Positions 30,289-42,243 are shown, numbered from the stretch's first letter. The stretch: 64,000 bases of DNA from Chitinophagales bacterium (GCA_031539345.1 JAVKMO010000013.1:1276-65275), one strand, 5' to 3'. Notes: generated by a model from the letters alone, not told the origin. A program made the numbers and translations.

Positions 30289-32355
30289 ATGTCAAAGAAA
30301 TTACCTTTTCATCACTCGATTGATACGCCTTCTTTTTTAGAAAAAAACGCTTGGGTGATTGTTGGCATACTCACGTGTATCGCTTTTTTTATTCGTATTT
30401 ATCGTTTAGATTTTCATTCATTTTGGGTTGATGAATATACCCACGCCTTATATGCAAAGGCATGGTTGCACGGTACAGGTAGTTTTTTTGGAGGAGAATT
30501 TAATCAAGTCATTGTTACAATGCTGAATGCTTGTAGTGCTGCTGTTTTTGGTTTAAATGATTATGCGTGTAAATTTCCTTTGGTTGTTTTATCTGTTGCA
30601 GGCATTCCACTTGTATTTTTATTTGCGAAAAAATTATACAACACGCCCATTGCTTTGCTATCAGCAACCCTTTTTAGCTTTTCTCAATTTTATACATTTT
30701 GGTCTAGAATTAATCGTTCTTATGGAATGGTGGCTACTTTTTATTTCTTTTTAATACTCATGCTATGGTTTTTATTTGAAACAAAAACACAACGTAAACA
30801 GCCATCTATCTTTGAGCCCTTACAATTAAACTATCGCTATTTTTATTGGTTTTTTTTCGCATTTGTTTTAGCACTCATCACACAAGTAACCATTATTTTG
30901 TTTTTCTTTTCTTTTGGATGTTATACAAGTATTATTTTTATCAATAACGTCATCAATAAAAAAGAAAATGCCTTTAAAGATAAGTACGCCATTATCGCTT
31001 ACATCAATTGTTTTCTTTTGCTCATTTTATTTACGCCACTTTCTACCTATACGGTTCAAGTTTTAGTTTCGTATCTTGTTAATCCAATGATTGCAGAGGC
31101 TGTTTCGCCCAACTGGACTGCTATTTTTGCAAAGTTTCAAACCAAAGATTGGAATAAAGCCCTCAAGGTTTACACTGACGTTACTATATACGACCTCAAA
31201 AATTTTTATTGGTTGGGTTGGCTGGGATTCATACTTGCTTTTTTTGTCAATAAAAAAAGTTCTGTCTTTTTGTGTACTTTATTTTTTGTTCCACTAATTC
31301 TCATGTCTTTTATTTTAAGAGGGTTGACATGGGAGCGTTATATGGCATTTTTTTATCCTACATTTTTTATCGCAGGCAGTGCAACAATTTATGTTATTGC
31401 GTTTGTGTTTTTACCTAAAATTCAAATCATTCAGCGATATGTGAAAGCATACATTTTTCTCATCGTCTCGCTTATTCTCTTGTGTGTTTACTCTTTTTTG
31501 CCTTTATCAGAAATTCACGCTTTCATTACAACAGAAAAGCAAGGTAGGGTTATTGACGAACACCTTTCTCCACTTACCGTTCATGTGCCGTGGAATCAGG
31601 CTTGTGAATATATCAAACCGCAACTTAAAGAAAACGACATTGTTCTTAGCTCGCACGTAGAAAATGCAATGTATTATTTACAACATGATAGTGTTTTTTT
31701 ATGTCGCCAACAACGTGTAGAAAAATTCCAGTCGAATAACCTCATAGCAATAGAAAAAAATCAAACCGTTTTGAATCAAAACAATGCATTGACATTTGAG
31801 AATTTTTTACATACCTATAACAGAAATCAAAGGGGTTGGATTATCCTTGATAATGCCTTTTTTCATTCAGGTTTTATAGACTCTCGCGTAGCACAATTTT
31901 GTATCGACAGTATGTATTTTCATTACGGAATTACTACTGATGGTTTATTAAAAGTATTTAGTTGGGATCATCATTATCCTAAAAAGAGTATTTCACCTTT
32001 TTTAATCCACTTAGGGAGTTTATATGATGATATGCTTGCGTATAAAGAAATTGGGTTTCAATTTCCTGCTCATATTGGCTTGGTAAAAAAAATAGTTGCT
32101 CATATAAAATGTGAAGGCATTGATATTAATGATGAAGCGGTGTTATTGGTAAACGGTCGCCGTCAAATTTCTTTATCAAGTGGAATCATAACGTCAAAAG
32201 AACTTGTGCGAAATAATATAGAACGAGCCATAGAATATCGTAGTATAGAAGTAAATAAAAATGATGTGCAAGCAGGGGCAAACTCTTTTGTTTTTTTGCA
32301 AGGAGGCGAATCAAATGGTTATGTGATTTACAATTTGAGTTTTTCTATTCAATAA
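30289..32355 (+). CDS. ArnT/GT39-like (GT-C fold) membrane glycosyltransferase family protein
   Basis: 688 aa. About 10 or more N-terminal TM helices, with an early loop motif FWVDEYTHA (DE-type GT-C motif), and a soluble C-terminal domain. Confidence 0.65.
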   Translation: MSKKLPFHHSIDTPSFLEKNAWVIVGILTCIAFFIRIYRLDFHSFWVDEYTHALYAKAWLHGTGSFFGGEFNQVIVTMLNACSAAVFGLNDYACKFPLVVLSVAGIPLVFLFAKKLYNTPIALLSATLFSFSQFYTFWSRINRSYGMVATFYFFLILMLWFLFETKTQRKQPSIFEPLQLNYRYFYWFFFAFVLALITQVTIILFFFSFGCYTSIIFINNVINKKENAFKDKYAIIAYINCFLLLILFTPLSTYTVQVLVSYLVNPMIAEAVSPNWTAIFAKFQTKDWNKALKVYTDVTIYDLKNFYWLGWLGFILAFFVNKKSSVFLCTLFFVPLILMSFILRGLTWERYMAFFYPTFFIAGSATIYVIAFVFLPKIQIIQRYVKAYIFLIVSLILLCVYSFLPLSEIHAFITTEKQGRVIDEHLSPLTVHVPWNQACEYIKPQLKENDIVLSSHVENAMYYLQHDSVFLCRQQRVEKFQSNNLIAIEKNQTVLNQNNALTFENFLHTYNRNQRGWIILDNAFFHSGFIDSRVAQFCIDSMYFHYGITTDGLLKVFSWDHHYPKKSISPFLIHLGSLYDDMLAYKEIGFQFPAHIGLVKKIVAHIKCEGIDINDEAVLLVNGRRQISLSSGIITSKELVRNNIERAIEYRSIEVNKNDVQAGANSFVFLQGGESNGYVIYNLSFSIQ

Positions 32356-32674
32356 TAGTCTCTTTGGTCAGTTTCTTTTTTTTTAAGCTATCATACGATA
32401 ACACGTACAATTTTTAATTATATTCGGCACGATGTTATTTTATTTTTGAATGACAGGTTGATAAAGAGAATTTTAAGTATTGAAGGTTGTTGTAACCTGA
32501 CAATTTAAAAACACAAGCAGTAATATGACAAAAACAAATAAAGGCCATTACCATTTATCGTTTGCTTATACTCATTTTTAATTTGTGTGCTTCTTGTTGA
32601 AGCCTTGCTTGTATTCTTTTGTTGGCTTTTTTTAAAAATAGAACAACGATTTTTATACTTTAAAACGTTATTTT

Positions 32675-34231
32675 ATGTTAGTTTTTATACTCATTGCGAT
32701 TGTTTCTTTGGCAGTAGGCATAGGTTTGTCTTTTTTTATTTTAAAGGATAAAAGTAATCTCAAAATCAAAGAAGCTGAATTGAAAGCAGAACAGATTTTG
32801 AAAGAAACACAAACCTCTGCAGAAGCAATTAAAAAAGAAAAATATTTAGAGGCAAAAGAAAAATTTTTTCAACTGAAAGCAGAACATGATACTCTTATTT
32901 TAGATAAGAATAAAAAAAATGCCGAAGCTGAATTACGTATCAAGCAAAGAGAAAATACGCTTACACAAAAAGAAACACATTATACAAAAACCATTAGCGA
33001 CAACGAATCTTTAAAAGAAAGTTTGCAAAAACAAATTGAAAATATTGCACTCAAACGCACAGAGTTAGAAAATCAAATTACAGAAAATAGCCAGAAATTA
33101 GAAAAAGTGGCGAATTTAAGTGTAGAGCAAGCACGTACTTTGTTGATGGAAAATATCAAACAACAAACCCAAACACAAGCAACGGCTTTACAACAACAAA
33201 TTATTGATGAGGCTAAAAAGAATGCCGATAAAGAAGCACGTAAAATTATTGTTCAAACAATTCAGCGTGTCGCAACAGAACAAGCAATAGAAAATGCGAT
33301 TACTGTTTTTCCTTTGGAAAATGATGAAATTAAAGGACAAATTATTGGACGTGAAGGGCGTAATATTAGAGCCTTAGAGGCGGCAACTGGGGTAGATTTA
33401 ATTGTTGATGATACGCCTGAAGCTGTTGTGCTTTCGTGCTTTGATCCTTTGCGTAGAGAAATTGCTCGTATCAGTTTGCAACGTTTGGTTGCAGACGGAA
33501 GAATTCACCCTGCAAGAATTGAAGAAATTGTAGAAAAAACAAAAAAACAAATCGAAGATCAAGTATTAGAAATTGGAGAAAGAACCATTATAGAAATTGG
33601 CGTACACGGTTTGCATAAAGAATTAATTCGGTACGTAGGGCGAATGAGATTTCGGTCTTCTTATGGACAAAATTTATTGCAACATAGCAGAGAGGTCGCA
33701 AATCTTTGTGGAATTATGGCAGCTGAAATGGGTATTAGTCCTAAACAAGCCAAACGTGCAGGTTTATTGCATGATATAGGCAAAGTGCCTGATGAAGAAA
33801 CAGAATTGAGCCACGCATTGATTGGTATGAAATTGGCAGAAAAATTTGGAGAAACGCCTGCAGTGTGTAATGCAATTGGGGCTCACCATGATGAAATAGA
33901 AATGCAATATGTGATATCACCCATCATTCAAGCCTGCGATTCAATTAGTGGTGCAAGACCCGGTGCAAGAAGAGAAATGATGCAACAATATTTACAACGA
34001 TTAAAAGACTTAGAAAAAATGGCAACATCTTTTCAAGGTGTAGAAAAATGTTATGCGATACAAGCAGGTAGAGAATTGCGCGTTATTGTTGAAGCCGACA
34101 AAGTTAATGACGAAGAAAGCAACACGATGTCATTTAATATTGCACAAAAAATCCAAAATGAAATGACTTATCCAGGACAAATTAAAGTAACCGTTATTAG
34201 AGAAAAAAGAGCCGTAAGTATTGCCAAATAA
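32675..34231 (+). CDS. rny: ribonuclease Y
   Basis: 518 aa. N-terminal TM, coiled coil, KH domain (GQIIGREGRNIRALE), HD domain (LLHDIGK, GAHHDE). Confidence 0.95.
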   Translation: MLVFILIAIVSLAVGIGLSFFILKDKSNLKIKEAELKAEQILKETQTSAEAIKKEKYLEAKEKFFQLKAEHDTLILDKNKKNAEAELRIKQRENTLTQKETHYTKTISDNESLKESLQKQIENIALKRTELENQITENSQKLEKVANLSVEQARTLLMENIKQQTQTQATALQQQIIDEAKKNADKEARKIIVQTIQRVATEQAIENAITVFPLENDEIKGQIIGREGRNIRALEAATGVDLIVDDTPEAVVLSCFDPLRREIARISLQRLVADGRIHPARIEEIVEKTKKQIEDQVLEIGERTIIEIGVHGLHKELIRYVGRMRFRSSYGQNLLQHSREVANLCGIMAAEMGISPKQAKRAGLLHDIGKVPDEETELSHALIGMKLAEKFGETPAVCNAIGAHHDEIEMQYVISPIIQACDSISGARPGARREMMQQYLQRLKDLEKMATSFQGVEKCYAIQAGRELRVIVEADKVNDEESNTMSFNIAQKIQNEMTYPGQIKVTVIREKRAVSIAK

Positions 34232-34347
34232 AATATCATTTATCCTCATTGTTTTGTTTTTTTTTATTTTGTTTTATTGAATAAAATTTTTGTCGTATTC
34301 AATATCTTATTCTGTTTAATTTATTTCATAACGCTATAATTTTAGAT

Positions 34348-35583
34348 ATGCAAACTCCTCTTAGTCCACTTTCCAATTCATTTATTCAATTAGAAGAACA
34401 GTTTGGTGCACATAATTATCACCCTTTGCCTGTTGTTCTTTCAAAAGCAAAAGGCGTTCATGTATGGGATGTTGATGGCAAACAATATTTTGATTTTTTA
34501 AGTGGTTATTCGGCTGTTAATCAAGGTCATTGTCATCCAAAAATCATTGCAGCTTTAATTGAACAAAGCCAAAAACTAACACTCACTTCACGTGCTTTTT
34601 ACAATGACCAACTTGGTTTGTACGCAAAATTTATCACCAATTATTTTGGTTATGATAAAGTTTTACCCATGAATACGGGCGTTGAAGCTGGTGAAACTGC
34701 GATTAAATTAGCAAGGCGTTGGGGATATACTGTTAAAGGCATTCCGACAAATGCGGCAAAAATTATTTTTGTTGAAGGCAATTTTTGGGGCAGAACTTTA
34801 GCGGCAATATCTTCTTCTCAAGATCCAAGTAGTTACAAGAATTTTGGACCTTTTATGCCAGGTTATGAAATTATTCCTTACAATGATACAGTGGCTTTAG
34901 AAGCCGCTTTTCAAGATAAAAATGTGGCTGCATTTATGTTTGAACCCATCCAAGGAGAGGCTGGTGTTGTTGTGCCAGATGAAGGATATTTAACAAAAGT
35001 GCGTTCGCTTTGTACACAATATAATGTTTTGATGATCGCAGATGAAATTCAAACTGGGTTGTATCGAACAGGAAAACGAATTGCTTGTGAACATGAAAAT
35101 GTAAAACCAGATTTATTATTATTAGGTAAAGCATTGAGTGGAGGCACGATGCCTATTTCTGCCGTACTCGCAAATGATGCCGTGATGCTTACAATTAAAC
35201 CCGGCGAACATGGTTCAACTTATGGCGGAAACCCGCTTGCGTGTGCTGTTGCTATTACAGCGTTACAAGTATTTGACGAAGAAAAAATGGGCGAAAACAC
35301 AATTCAAATGGGACAGCTTTTACGAACTGAAATTGAAAAAATAAAATCACCATTTATCAAAATTGTGAGAGGCAAAGGACTCCTCAACGCCATTGTTATA
35401 GAACACCAAAACCCAGAAGCCGCTTGGGATTATTGCGTAGAATTAAAACACAATGGATTGCTAGCAAAACCAACCCATGGAGATAAAATTCGTTTTGCTC
35501 CGCCACTCATTATTACCAAAGAACAAATTATAGAGAGCGTTAGCATCATCAACAAAAGTTTACACATTTTAGAAAAAAAATAA
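34348..35583 (+). CDS. rocD: ornithine aminotransferase (class III PLP aminotransferase)
   Basis: 411 aa. [25 protein letters not shown] (PLP Lys region), [13 protein letters not shown]. Confidence 0.9.
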   Translation: MQTPLSPLSNSFIQLEEQFGAHNYHPLPVVLSKAKGVHVWDVDGKQYFDFLSGYSAVNQGHCHPKIIAALIEQSQKLTLTSRAFYNDQLGLYAKFITNYFGYDKVLPMNTGVEAGETAIKLARRWGYTVKGIPTNAAKIIFVEGNFWGRTLAAISSSQDPSSYKNFGPFMPGYEIIPYNDTVALEAAFQDKNVAAFMFEPIQGEAGVVVPDEGYLTKVRSLCTQYNVLMIADEIQTGLYRTGKRIACEHENVKPDLLLLGKALSGGTMPISAVLANDAVMLTIKPGEHGSTYGGNPLACAVAITALQVFDEEKMGENTIQMGQLLRTEIEKIKSPFIKIVRGKGLLNAIVIEHQNPEAAWDYCVELKHNGLLAKPTHGDKIRFAPPLIITKEQIIESVSIINKSLHILEKK

Positions 35584-35627
35584 TTTTTCAATATTTAAAT
35601 TTTCACTCTTTTTATTTTAAACGTAAC

Positions 35628-36401
35628 ATGATGATAAGGAAAAAAATCGCCGCTGCAAATTGGAAAATGAATCTCACTTTAACTCAAGCAAATGAGTTAT
35701 TAGACAATATGGTGAAGGACATTGCTCTTACTAATTTGAATCATGAGGTTGTGTTTGCTGTTCCATTTCCTTATATATCGGCTATGAAAGAGAAAATAAA
35801 AAGTCAAAAAAATATTTTTATCGCAGCACAAAATTGTTATTCAAAAAAATCAGGTGCTTATACGGGAGAAATTTCGGCAGAAATGTTAGCCTCTGTTGGG
35901 GTTGATTTTGTTGTGTTGGGGCACTCCGAAAGAAGAGAATATTTTGTAGAAACAAATGCACAATTGACTGAAAAGATGCAGCTGGTATTAGACAATAAAA
36001 TGAAAGTTATTTTTTGTTGTGGTGAACCTTTACATGTGCGAGAAGCCAATCAGCAAAATGAATTTGTTCATACACAAATTCAAGAAAGCCTTTTTGCTTT
36101 TACGCCAGAACAATTAACCCAAATTGTCATTGCATACGAACCAATATGGGCAATAGGCACAGGGAAAACAGCAACAACAGAACAAGCAGAGGATATTCAT
36201 CAAGCCATACGTGCAATGATTGAAAAAAAATATGGCACACAAGTGGCTCAACAAATGTCGATTTTGTATGGAGGTAGTGTAAAAGCAAATAATGCAAAAG
36301 AACTCTTTGCTTGTGCAAATATTGACGGCGGCTTAGTAGGCGGTGCATCTTTAATTGCTGCAGAATTTCTTTCTATTATCAAGGCTCTGCCTGATTTGTA
36401 A
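35628..36401 (+). CDS. tpiA: triose-phosphate isomerase
   Basis: AANWKMN, VVLGHSERR, IAYEPIWAIGTGKTAT, GGLVGGASL. Confidence 0.95.
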   Translation: MMIRKKIAAANWKMNLTLTQANELLDNMVKDIALTNLNHEVVFAVPFPYISAMKEKIKSQKNIFIAAQNCYSKKSGAYTGEISAEMLASVGVDFVVLGHSERREYFVETNAQLTEKMQLVLDNKMKVIFCCGEPLHVREANQQNEFVHTQIQESLFAFTPEQLTQIVIAYEPIWAIGTGKTATTEQAEDIHQAIRAMIEKKYGTQVAQQMSILYGGSVKANNAKELFACANIDGGLVGGASLIAAEFLSIIKALPDL

Positions 36402-36442
36402 ATTCATATAATTATTCTGACCACTTTATTTTTAATGCTCAA

Positions 36443-39019
36443 ATGAATATTGACCAACAAACTAAAAGCAAAAATTTTAATGAACTGATTGCATTAAAAT
36501 TTCAATTATTCAACAGCTTGTTTACGTCATTGCCTTTTTACAAAATAGAAAAAACAGGTGTTTTATTGTCCCTGTTTTTAATGCATTGCGAAGAAACTTT
36601 TGAAAGCGAGAAAATTACAAATCCTGAACAATTGGTGCATGACTTTTTTTCTAAGCATACAAATGCACTCAGCCATACAGAGCAATTACAGTTACTGTTT
36701 AGTTTTATTAAATACGTTGAACGTCAAGTTGTTTTGTTTGATGCCTTAGAAGATGCTGCTTTTTCCATTGTTAATGATGTGCAAGGAAATGGCACATGGA
36801 AACATTTAGAATCTGCCGTATTAGAAAAAAATAAAGTAGAAAAATTAGAACGTCAGTTGAAAAAGTTTTCTCTCAAACTTACGCTCACAGCACATCCTAC
36901 GCAATTTTATCCAGGTGTTGTTTTAGGTATTATCAATGACTTGTCAACTGCAATTCAAAAAAATAATACGAATGAAATCAATGCCTTGCTTTTGCAATTA
37001 GGTAAAACACCTTTCTTCAAAAAAGAAAAACCAAGCCCGTATAGCGAAGCCGTCAATTTGATATGGTATTTAGAAAATGTATTTTACACTTCGATTGCAG
37101 GCATCGTCAATAACATTAAAAACATTTCTCCCGATTTTGTTACAGACCAAAATTGTAAACTGATAGAAATGGGTTTTTGGCCCGGAGGCGATAGAGATGG
37201 CAATCCATTTGTAAAATCAGACACCACATTACAAGTTGCTGAAGCTTTAAAAAGTAGCGTACTGAAAAGCTATTATTTAGATATTAGAAAATTAAAACGC
37301 AAGCTGACGTTTAAAAATATAGACACGAAAATAGAAGCAATTGAGAAAGAATTATACGAGATTGTTTTTTTTAAAAAAGAAAATTTAGCGTTTACAAAAT
37401 CCAAATTTTTAGATGATTTAAACCTCATTAAAAAGATACTTGTTGAACAGCACGGAAGTCTTTTTTTGTCTAAATTAAACAGCCTAATTACTAAAGTAGA
37501 AATTTTCGGATTGCATTTTGCCTCCATAGATATTCGGCAAGAAAGTACAATGCATGAAAATTTTTATCAGGAATTGTCAGATAAAAATATTTTGTCAAAA
37601 CCCTACAAAAAAAGCTCAGTTGAAGAAAAAATCAAGCTGTTAGAAACTATTCCCCCAACTTTGAATTTGGCTTTTGACCATCCCATTCATCAGGATATTT
37701 ATGATTCTGCGTATGCCATTCGTTCTATTCAACAAAGTAATGGTGAGGCGGGTTGCCATCGTTATGTGATTAGTCAATGCAATAGTGTGGCTAATATTTT
37801 AGAAGTTTTTTATCTGTTTCAACTCATAGGTTGGAAAGATTGTCAGGTTGATGTGATACCTCTTTTTGAAACTATTACGGACTTGCAAAACGCATCTCAA
37901 ATTTTACATCAATTATTTACGCATAAAAATTATCAGCAGCATTTACAAAAAAGAAAATCTGTCCAAACAGTCATGTTGGGTTTTTCTGACGGCACAAAAG
38001 ATGGTGGTTATTTTATGGCAAATTGGAGAATTTTTAAAGCACGTGAAGAGTTGGTTCAAGTGGCTAAACAATATGATATTGATATTGTTTTCTTTGATGG
38101 ACGAGGAGGCCCGCCTGCAAGAGGAGGGGGCAAAACGCATAAATTCTATGCGTCAATGGGAAAAAATATTACGACAAATCAAATTCAATTAACCGTTCAA
38201 GGGCAAACAATTAGTTCTAATTATGGAACGACCGCTTCTGCAAAATACAATATTGAACAATTGCTTCATGCCGGCATTTATGGCAAATTATTTAACGATA
38301 AGGAAAGCACTTTTACAAAAGATGAAAGCGAGTTGTTAGAATATGTAGGACGCATCAGTCATGAAAAATATGCAACTCTTAAAGAGAAGGAAAATTTTAT
38401 GACTTATTTAGTAGAAGTCAGTCCACTTAAATTTTATAGTGAAACTAATATAGGCTCTCGTCCCGCAAAAAGAAACCAAGCAAAACAACTCACACTACAA
38501 GATTTACGTGCTATTCCTTACGTTGGAGCATGGTCTCAGATTAAACAAAATGTAACGGGTTATTATGGCTTGGGAACGGCACTCGCACAGTTAAAAGCTG
38601 AAAACAAATTTTCTTCTTTGCAAACCATTTATCAACATTCTGTATTTTTTAGAACCCTTATTGATAACTGCGAAATGTCGATGTGTAAATGTTATTTTCC
38701 GTTAACGCAATACTTGTCTAGAAATGAAGCCTATCAAGAAGTATGGCATGCTATTCACAATGAATTTTTGCTTACACAACAAATGATTTTAGAGCTGTCA
38801 GAAAAAAAAACATTAATGGAAGATAATCCTGTTGATAGAACTTCGATAAAAATGAGAGAGCGAATTATTCTTCCTTTGCTTGCCATTCAACAATTTGGGT
38901 TGATGCAATTGCGAAAAATGGAAGACGACGAATTGTCTAAAGACAGCCAAAGAGATATTGAACAATTGATTACACGCTGTTCTTTTGGTATCATCAATTC
39001 GTCAAGAAATTCTGCGTAA
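36443..39019 (+). CDS. ppc: phosphoenolpyruvate carboxylase
   Basis: 858 aa. LTLTAHPTQF, VMLGFSDGTKDGG, FFDGRGGPPARGGG. Confidence 0.9.
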   Translation: MNIDQQTKSKNFNELIALKFQLFNSLFTSLPFYKIEKTGVLLSLFLMHCEETFESEKITNPEQLVHDFFSKHTNALSHTEQLQLLFSFIKYVERQVVLFDALEDAAFSIVNDVQGNGTWKHLESAVLEKNKVEKLERQLKKFSLKLTLTAHPTQFYPGVVLGIINDLSTAIQKNNTNEINALLLQLGKTPFFKKEKPSPYSEAVNLIWYLENVFYTSIAGIVNNIKNISPDFVTDQNCKLIEMGFWPGGDRDGNPFVKSDTTLQVAEALKSSVLKSYYLDIRKLKRKLTFKNIDTKIEAIEKELYEIVFFKKENLAFTKSKFLDDLNLIKKILVEQHGSLFLSKLNSLITKVEIFGLHFASIDIRQESTMHENFYQELSDKNILSKPYKKSSVEEKIKLLETIPPTLNLAFDHPIHQDIYDSAYAIRSIQQSNGEAGCHRYVISQCNSVANILEVFYLFQLIGWKDCQVDVIPLFETITDLQNASQILHQLFTHKNYQQHLQKRKSVQTVMLGFSDGTKDGGYFMANWRIFKAREELVQVAKQYDIDIVFFDGRGGPPARGGGKTHKFYASMGKNITTNQIQLTVQGQTISSNYGTTASAKYNIEQLLHAGIYGKLFNDKESTFTKDESELLEYVGRISHEKYATLKEKENFMTYLVEVSPLKFYSETNIGSRPAKRNQAKQLTLQDLRAIPYVGAWSQIKQNVTGYYGLGTALAQLKAENKFSSLQTIYQHSVFFRTLIDNCEMSMCKCYFPLTQYLSRNEAYQEVWHAIHNEFLLTQQMILELSEKKTLMEDNPVDRTSIKMRERIILPLLAIQQFGLMQLRKMEDDELSKDSQRDIEQLITRCSFGIINSSRNSA

Positions 39020-39031
39020 CCGTTTCTCTGT

Positions 39032-42000
39032 TTATTTTTTTATTTCTGTTTCTGGTGTTGCACTTTTGATGGGCGCTTCACTTTGTTCTATTTCAAGCAA
39101 TTTTGTATTTGCAATGTCTTGATACTGTTGTATTGATGCGTTTTTAATAATGCTTTTTAAAGTCGCTTTTGCATTAAATAAATCTTTCTGTTGTTTGTAA
39201 ATATCAGCTAATAGTAAATAAGATTTGAGCACCAATTCATCATATTGATTGTGCTTGTCTATCACGACAAAAGCTTGTTTTTCTGCAAGTGTCCAATCTT
39301 TTAATGCATAATAAAAATTGGCATTGTCGTATGCGGCTAACGCAGAAAGCAGACTGTTATTATTGGATATTATTTTTTGGTTTTCACTAATTGCATTTTG
39401 GTAGAAGCTATCTTTTGCATACCGTTTTGCAGTCAAATAATGAAGCAGTGCAAGGTCTTGTTCTGTCAATTCTTTTTGTTTGTTCAATTCTTCGAGATAA
39501 GGATATGCGGCATTAAAATCATTGAGTTCAAAGTTTAACCATACAATACTTTTAAGTGCCATCGTTTTATTCTCTTCACTTTTTGTTTGCTCTAATAAAA
39601 GTGAATAATAACGCAAGCGTAATGGTTTGTTTGCTGTTGTTGTGTCTCGCATTTTTGTGATTAAAACTAAACCTCGTTCAGTATATTTTGGCTGGTTGTT
39701 CATTAATAAGCTATCGAGAAAACTATATGCCAAATTGGCATTTTTATAGTATGCAGAAATATTGAGCAAATAATACCACGCTTCATTTTTTCTATTATTT
39801 GTAGGAAATTTAGTCAGATAATCTTTGAATAATGCAAACGCATCGTTGTATTTTTTTTCTCGATATTTTATTTCTGCACTTCTAAAATAAAGAGAATCCG
39901 TATTTGTATCATCTGCATATTGTCCACTTTTTTTTGCTATGTTAATGAATGTTTCTACGTCGCCTTTATTAGAATATATTTCTTTCAAAAGCAATAATGC
40001 TTGTTCTGCGTCAGGTGTATTTGGATAATTATCAGCCACTTGTTGTAAATAATAAATGGCTTGCTTATCGTTATTTAAATTGTTGTATGACAAACCAATA
40101 TTCAATAAGGCACTTGAACGCAAACTTTGAGCATCATTTAAACCTAAAATTTCATTAAAAGTTTGAATTGCTTTTTCAAATTCATTATTGGCTAATTGGG
40201 CATTTCCAATTTCTGTCAGAATGATTTTTCTGAAATTTGTTTCTGGATATGCAACGAGTAAATTTTGCAACAATTTGATTTTTTCATTTGGATTATTGAT
40301 GCCAACGATGAGTGCATACTGATAAGCCGCGTAATCTCTGTTTACATTTGAAGCGTCTTGTGCATAGCGAAAATAAATATCACTTGCTTCAGCATATTTT
40401 TTACTCATCCAAAACATATCACCAAGCCTCAATAAAGCGTCTTTTTTTTGTGCAACGCTTTGGTTATCGTTTTCATTTGCATCAACAACATGCTTAAAAT
40501 AAATCGCAGCTTGTGCATAATCTTGATACTTCATGTGAGTATAAGCAAGTTGATATTCAATGTTTGCAATAGTAGGAGAGGCGGTGGCAATGCTGAGGGC
40601 TTTTTGAAAATAAGGAACAGCACCAGCGTAATTTTCCTTTTGATATTCTATCTCTCCAAGGATAACATTTGATTTTTTTTCGTACAGATCACCTATTTGC
40701 AATTCTGCATTTTTGATGAAAAAGTATTTTGCACTATCTAATTTGTTCTCATGGAATAGTTCTAAGGCTCGCCCATAATAAATTTTAGATAACACTTTCT
40801 TGTCATAAATTTTTACGACATCAGTCATCAAATTGATAGCCGCTTTAAAATTATTTGTATTTGTATAAGTCAGTATTAGCAATTGTTTGGCTTCAACGCC
40901 GTGTTTGCTATTGGGGTATGTGGTAACTAATTTTTGCAAAGTTTGAAACGCAATATTCGACCGCCCTAAGTCTAATGACGTTTTTGCATACATCAATAAA
41001 ATCAAATCATCAAAAGGCGATTTGATGGTATTGCTCGCACAATAAAATAAGTATTGGTAGGCTTTAGGAATGTTTTTTTTATTGAGATAAATTTGAGCCA
41101 AGATGAAATTGATTTCAAAATTTATTGTGTCATTGACGTTCGTTACTTGTGTTAATGTAGCAATCGCTTGGTCAAAACTATCGACTTTAAAATAGCTTGT
41201 TCCCAAATAAAAATTTTCTTCTGCGTCTCTTTTTTGTTCATGTGCTAGATTGCGAATCACTTTTGCGTACTGATTATTTTCAAAATACAATTTCGTGAGT
41301 AATCTTGTTAATTCACTTTCATATAAAAACTCTTTGTCTTGCGACAACTTCTCCTCTAAATATTTTTGTGTGTTGAGCTTATACTTCAAAGCATACAACA
41401 AATGTGCAATGTAATAAGGACAAATAAGCTCATATTTAGGGTTTGCTTCAATCAAATAAAAACCATTGAGAGCAACCTTAAGATTGTTATTGATTTTAAT
41501 TTGTAAGTAAGAATAATAATAATAAGCGTCTGCGAAAAATGGATTGTTCAAGGAAACTTGACGCAAAAAATCAAACAATACAAATGCTTTTTCAAAGTCT
41601 TGTTCTTCAAAATAACTGTAGGCTTGAATAAATTTCAAATAGATGATTTGCTGTTGATTGAAATTTTCATAGCTTAATTCTTTTGTGTATTCGATAGCAT
41701 TTTTATATTCTCTATTTAAGAATGTATAAACGCTCAATGCAAAGCTGAGTTTATCAACTAAAGGTTTGTTTTTTGTTGTACTGATGTAAGCAAGTGCTCT
41801 ATTTTTGTAATCTTGATTATTGAGGTTCAACCCAAGAATGATATCGACGTACTCTTTTACTTGTTGTGCGTCTTGCTTGGCAATATTGTCCTTTGCTTCA
41901 TTGACAAATTGGTTAAAAATTTGTTTTAAATAGAAATAAGAATTGATGATATTTTGATTTTGATAAAACGTTAAACTTCGATTGATTTTTTCATTGACAT

Positions 42001-42091
42001 TATCGTACGAGCCGCTTAAATACTGCGCATGAAGTGAATTGTTGAAAAAAGCAAGAATGAAAAAACAAATACAAACAATAATCTTCTTCAT
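39032..42091 (-). CDS. large secreted tetratricopeptide-repeat protein
   Basis: 1019 aa. Signal peptide MKKIIVCICFFILAFFNNSLHAQ and TPR-like repeats throughout. A PorW/SprE-like role cannot be supported from the sequence alone. Confidence 0.7.
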   Translation of the reverse strand: MKKIIVCICFFILAFFNNSLHAQYLSGSYDNVNEKINRSLTFYQNQNIINSYFYLKQIFNQFVNEAKDNIAKQDAQQVKEYVDIILGLNLNNQDYKNRALAYISTTKNKPLVDKLSFALSVYTFLNREYKNAIEYTKELSYENFNQQQIIYLKFIQAYSYFEEQDFEKAFVLFDFLRQVSLNNPFFADAYYYYSYLQIKINNNLKVALNGFYLIEANPKYELICPYYIAHLLYALKYKLNTQKYLEEKLSQDKEFLYESELTRLLTKLYFENNQYAKVIRNLAHEQKRDAEENFYLGTSYFKVDSFDQAIATLTQVTNVNDTINFEINFILAQIYLNKKNIPKAYQYLFYCASNTIKSPFDDLILLMYAKTSLDLGRSNIAFQTLQKLVTTYPNSKHGVEAKQLLILTYTNTNNFKAAINLMTDVVKIYDKKVLSKIYYGRALELFHENKLDSAKYFFIKNAELQIGDLYEKKSNVILGEIEYQKENYAGAVPYFQKALSIATASPTIANIEYQLAYTHMKYQDYAQAAIYFKHVVDANENDNQSVAQKKDALLRLGDMFWMSKKYAEASDIYFRYAQDASNVNRDYAAYQYALIVGINNPNEKIKLLQNLLVAYPETNFRKIILTEIGNAQLANNEFEKAIQTFNEILGLNDAQSLRSSALLNIGLSYNNLNNDKQAIYYLQQVADNYPNTPDAEQALLLLKEIYSNKGDVETFINIAKKSGQYADDTNTDSLYFRSAEIKYREKKYNDAFALFKDYLTKFPTNNRKNEAWYYLLNISAYYKNANLAYSFLDSLLMNNQPKYTERGLVLITKMRDTTTANKPLRLRYYSLLLEQTKSEENKTMALKSIVWLNFELNDFNAAYPYLEELNKQKELTEQDLALLHYLTAKRYAKDSFYQNAISENQKIISNNNSLLSALAAYDNANFYYALKDWTLAEKQAFVVIDKHNQYDELVLKSYLLLADIYKQQKDLFNAKATLKSIIKNASIQQYQDIANTKLLEIEQSEAPIKSATPETEIKK

Positions 42092-42243
42092 AAGAATAAG
42101 GCAAACAAAAAATAAATAAGTGCGATTTTTTTAATCGTTTTAAGAGTGGTATAATTTCAATCAGATGCGATATCTGTTGAAGTTTTATTGTGAAAGAAAG
42201 TTGCAAAACAAACATTTTCAACACAATAGGTTTTCTTATTTTT

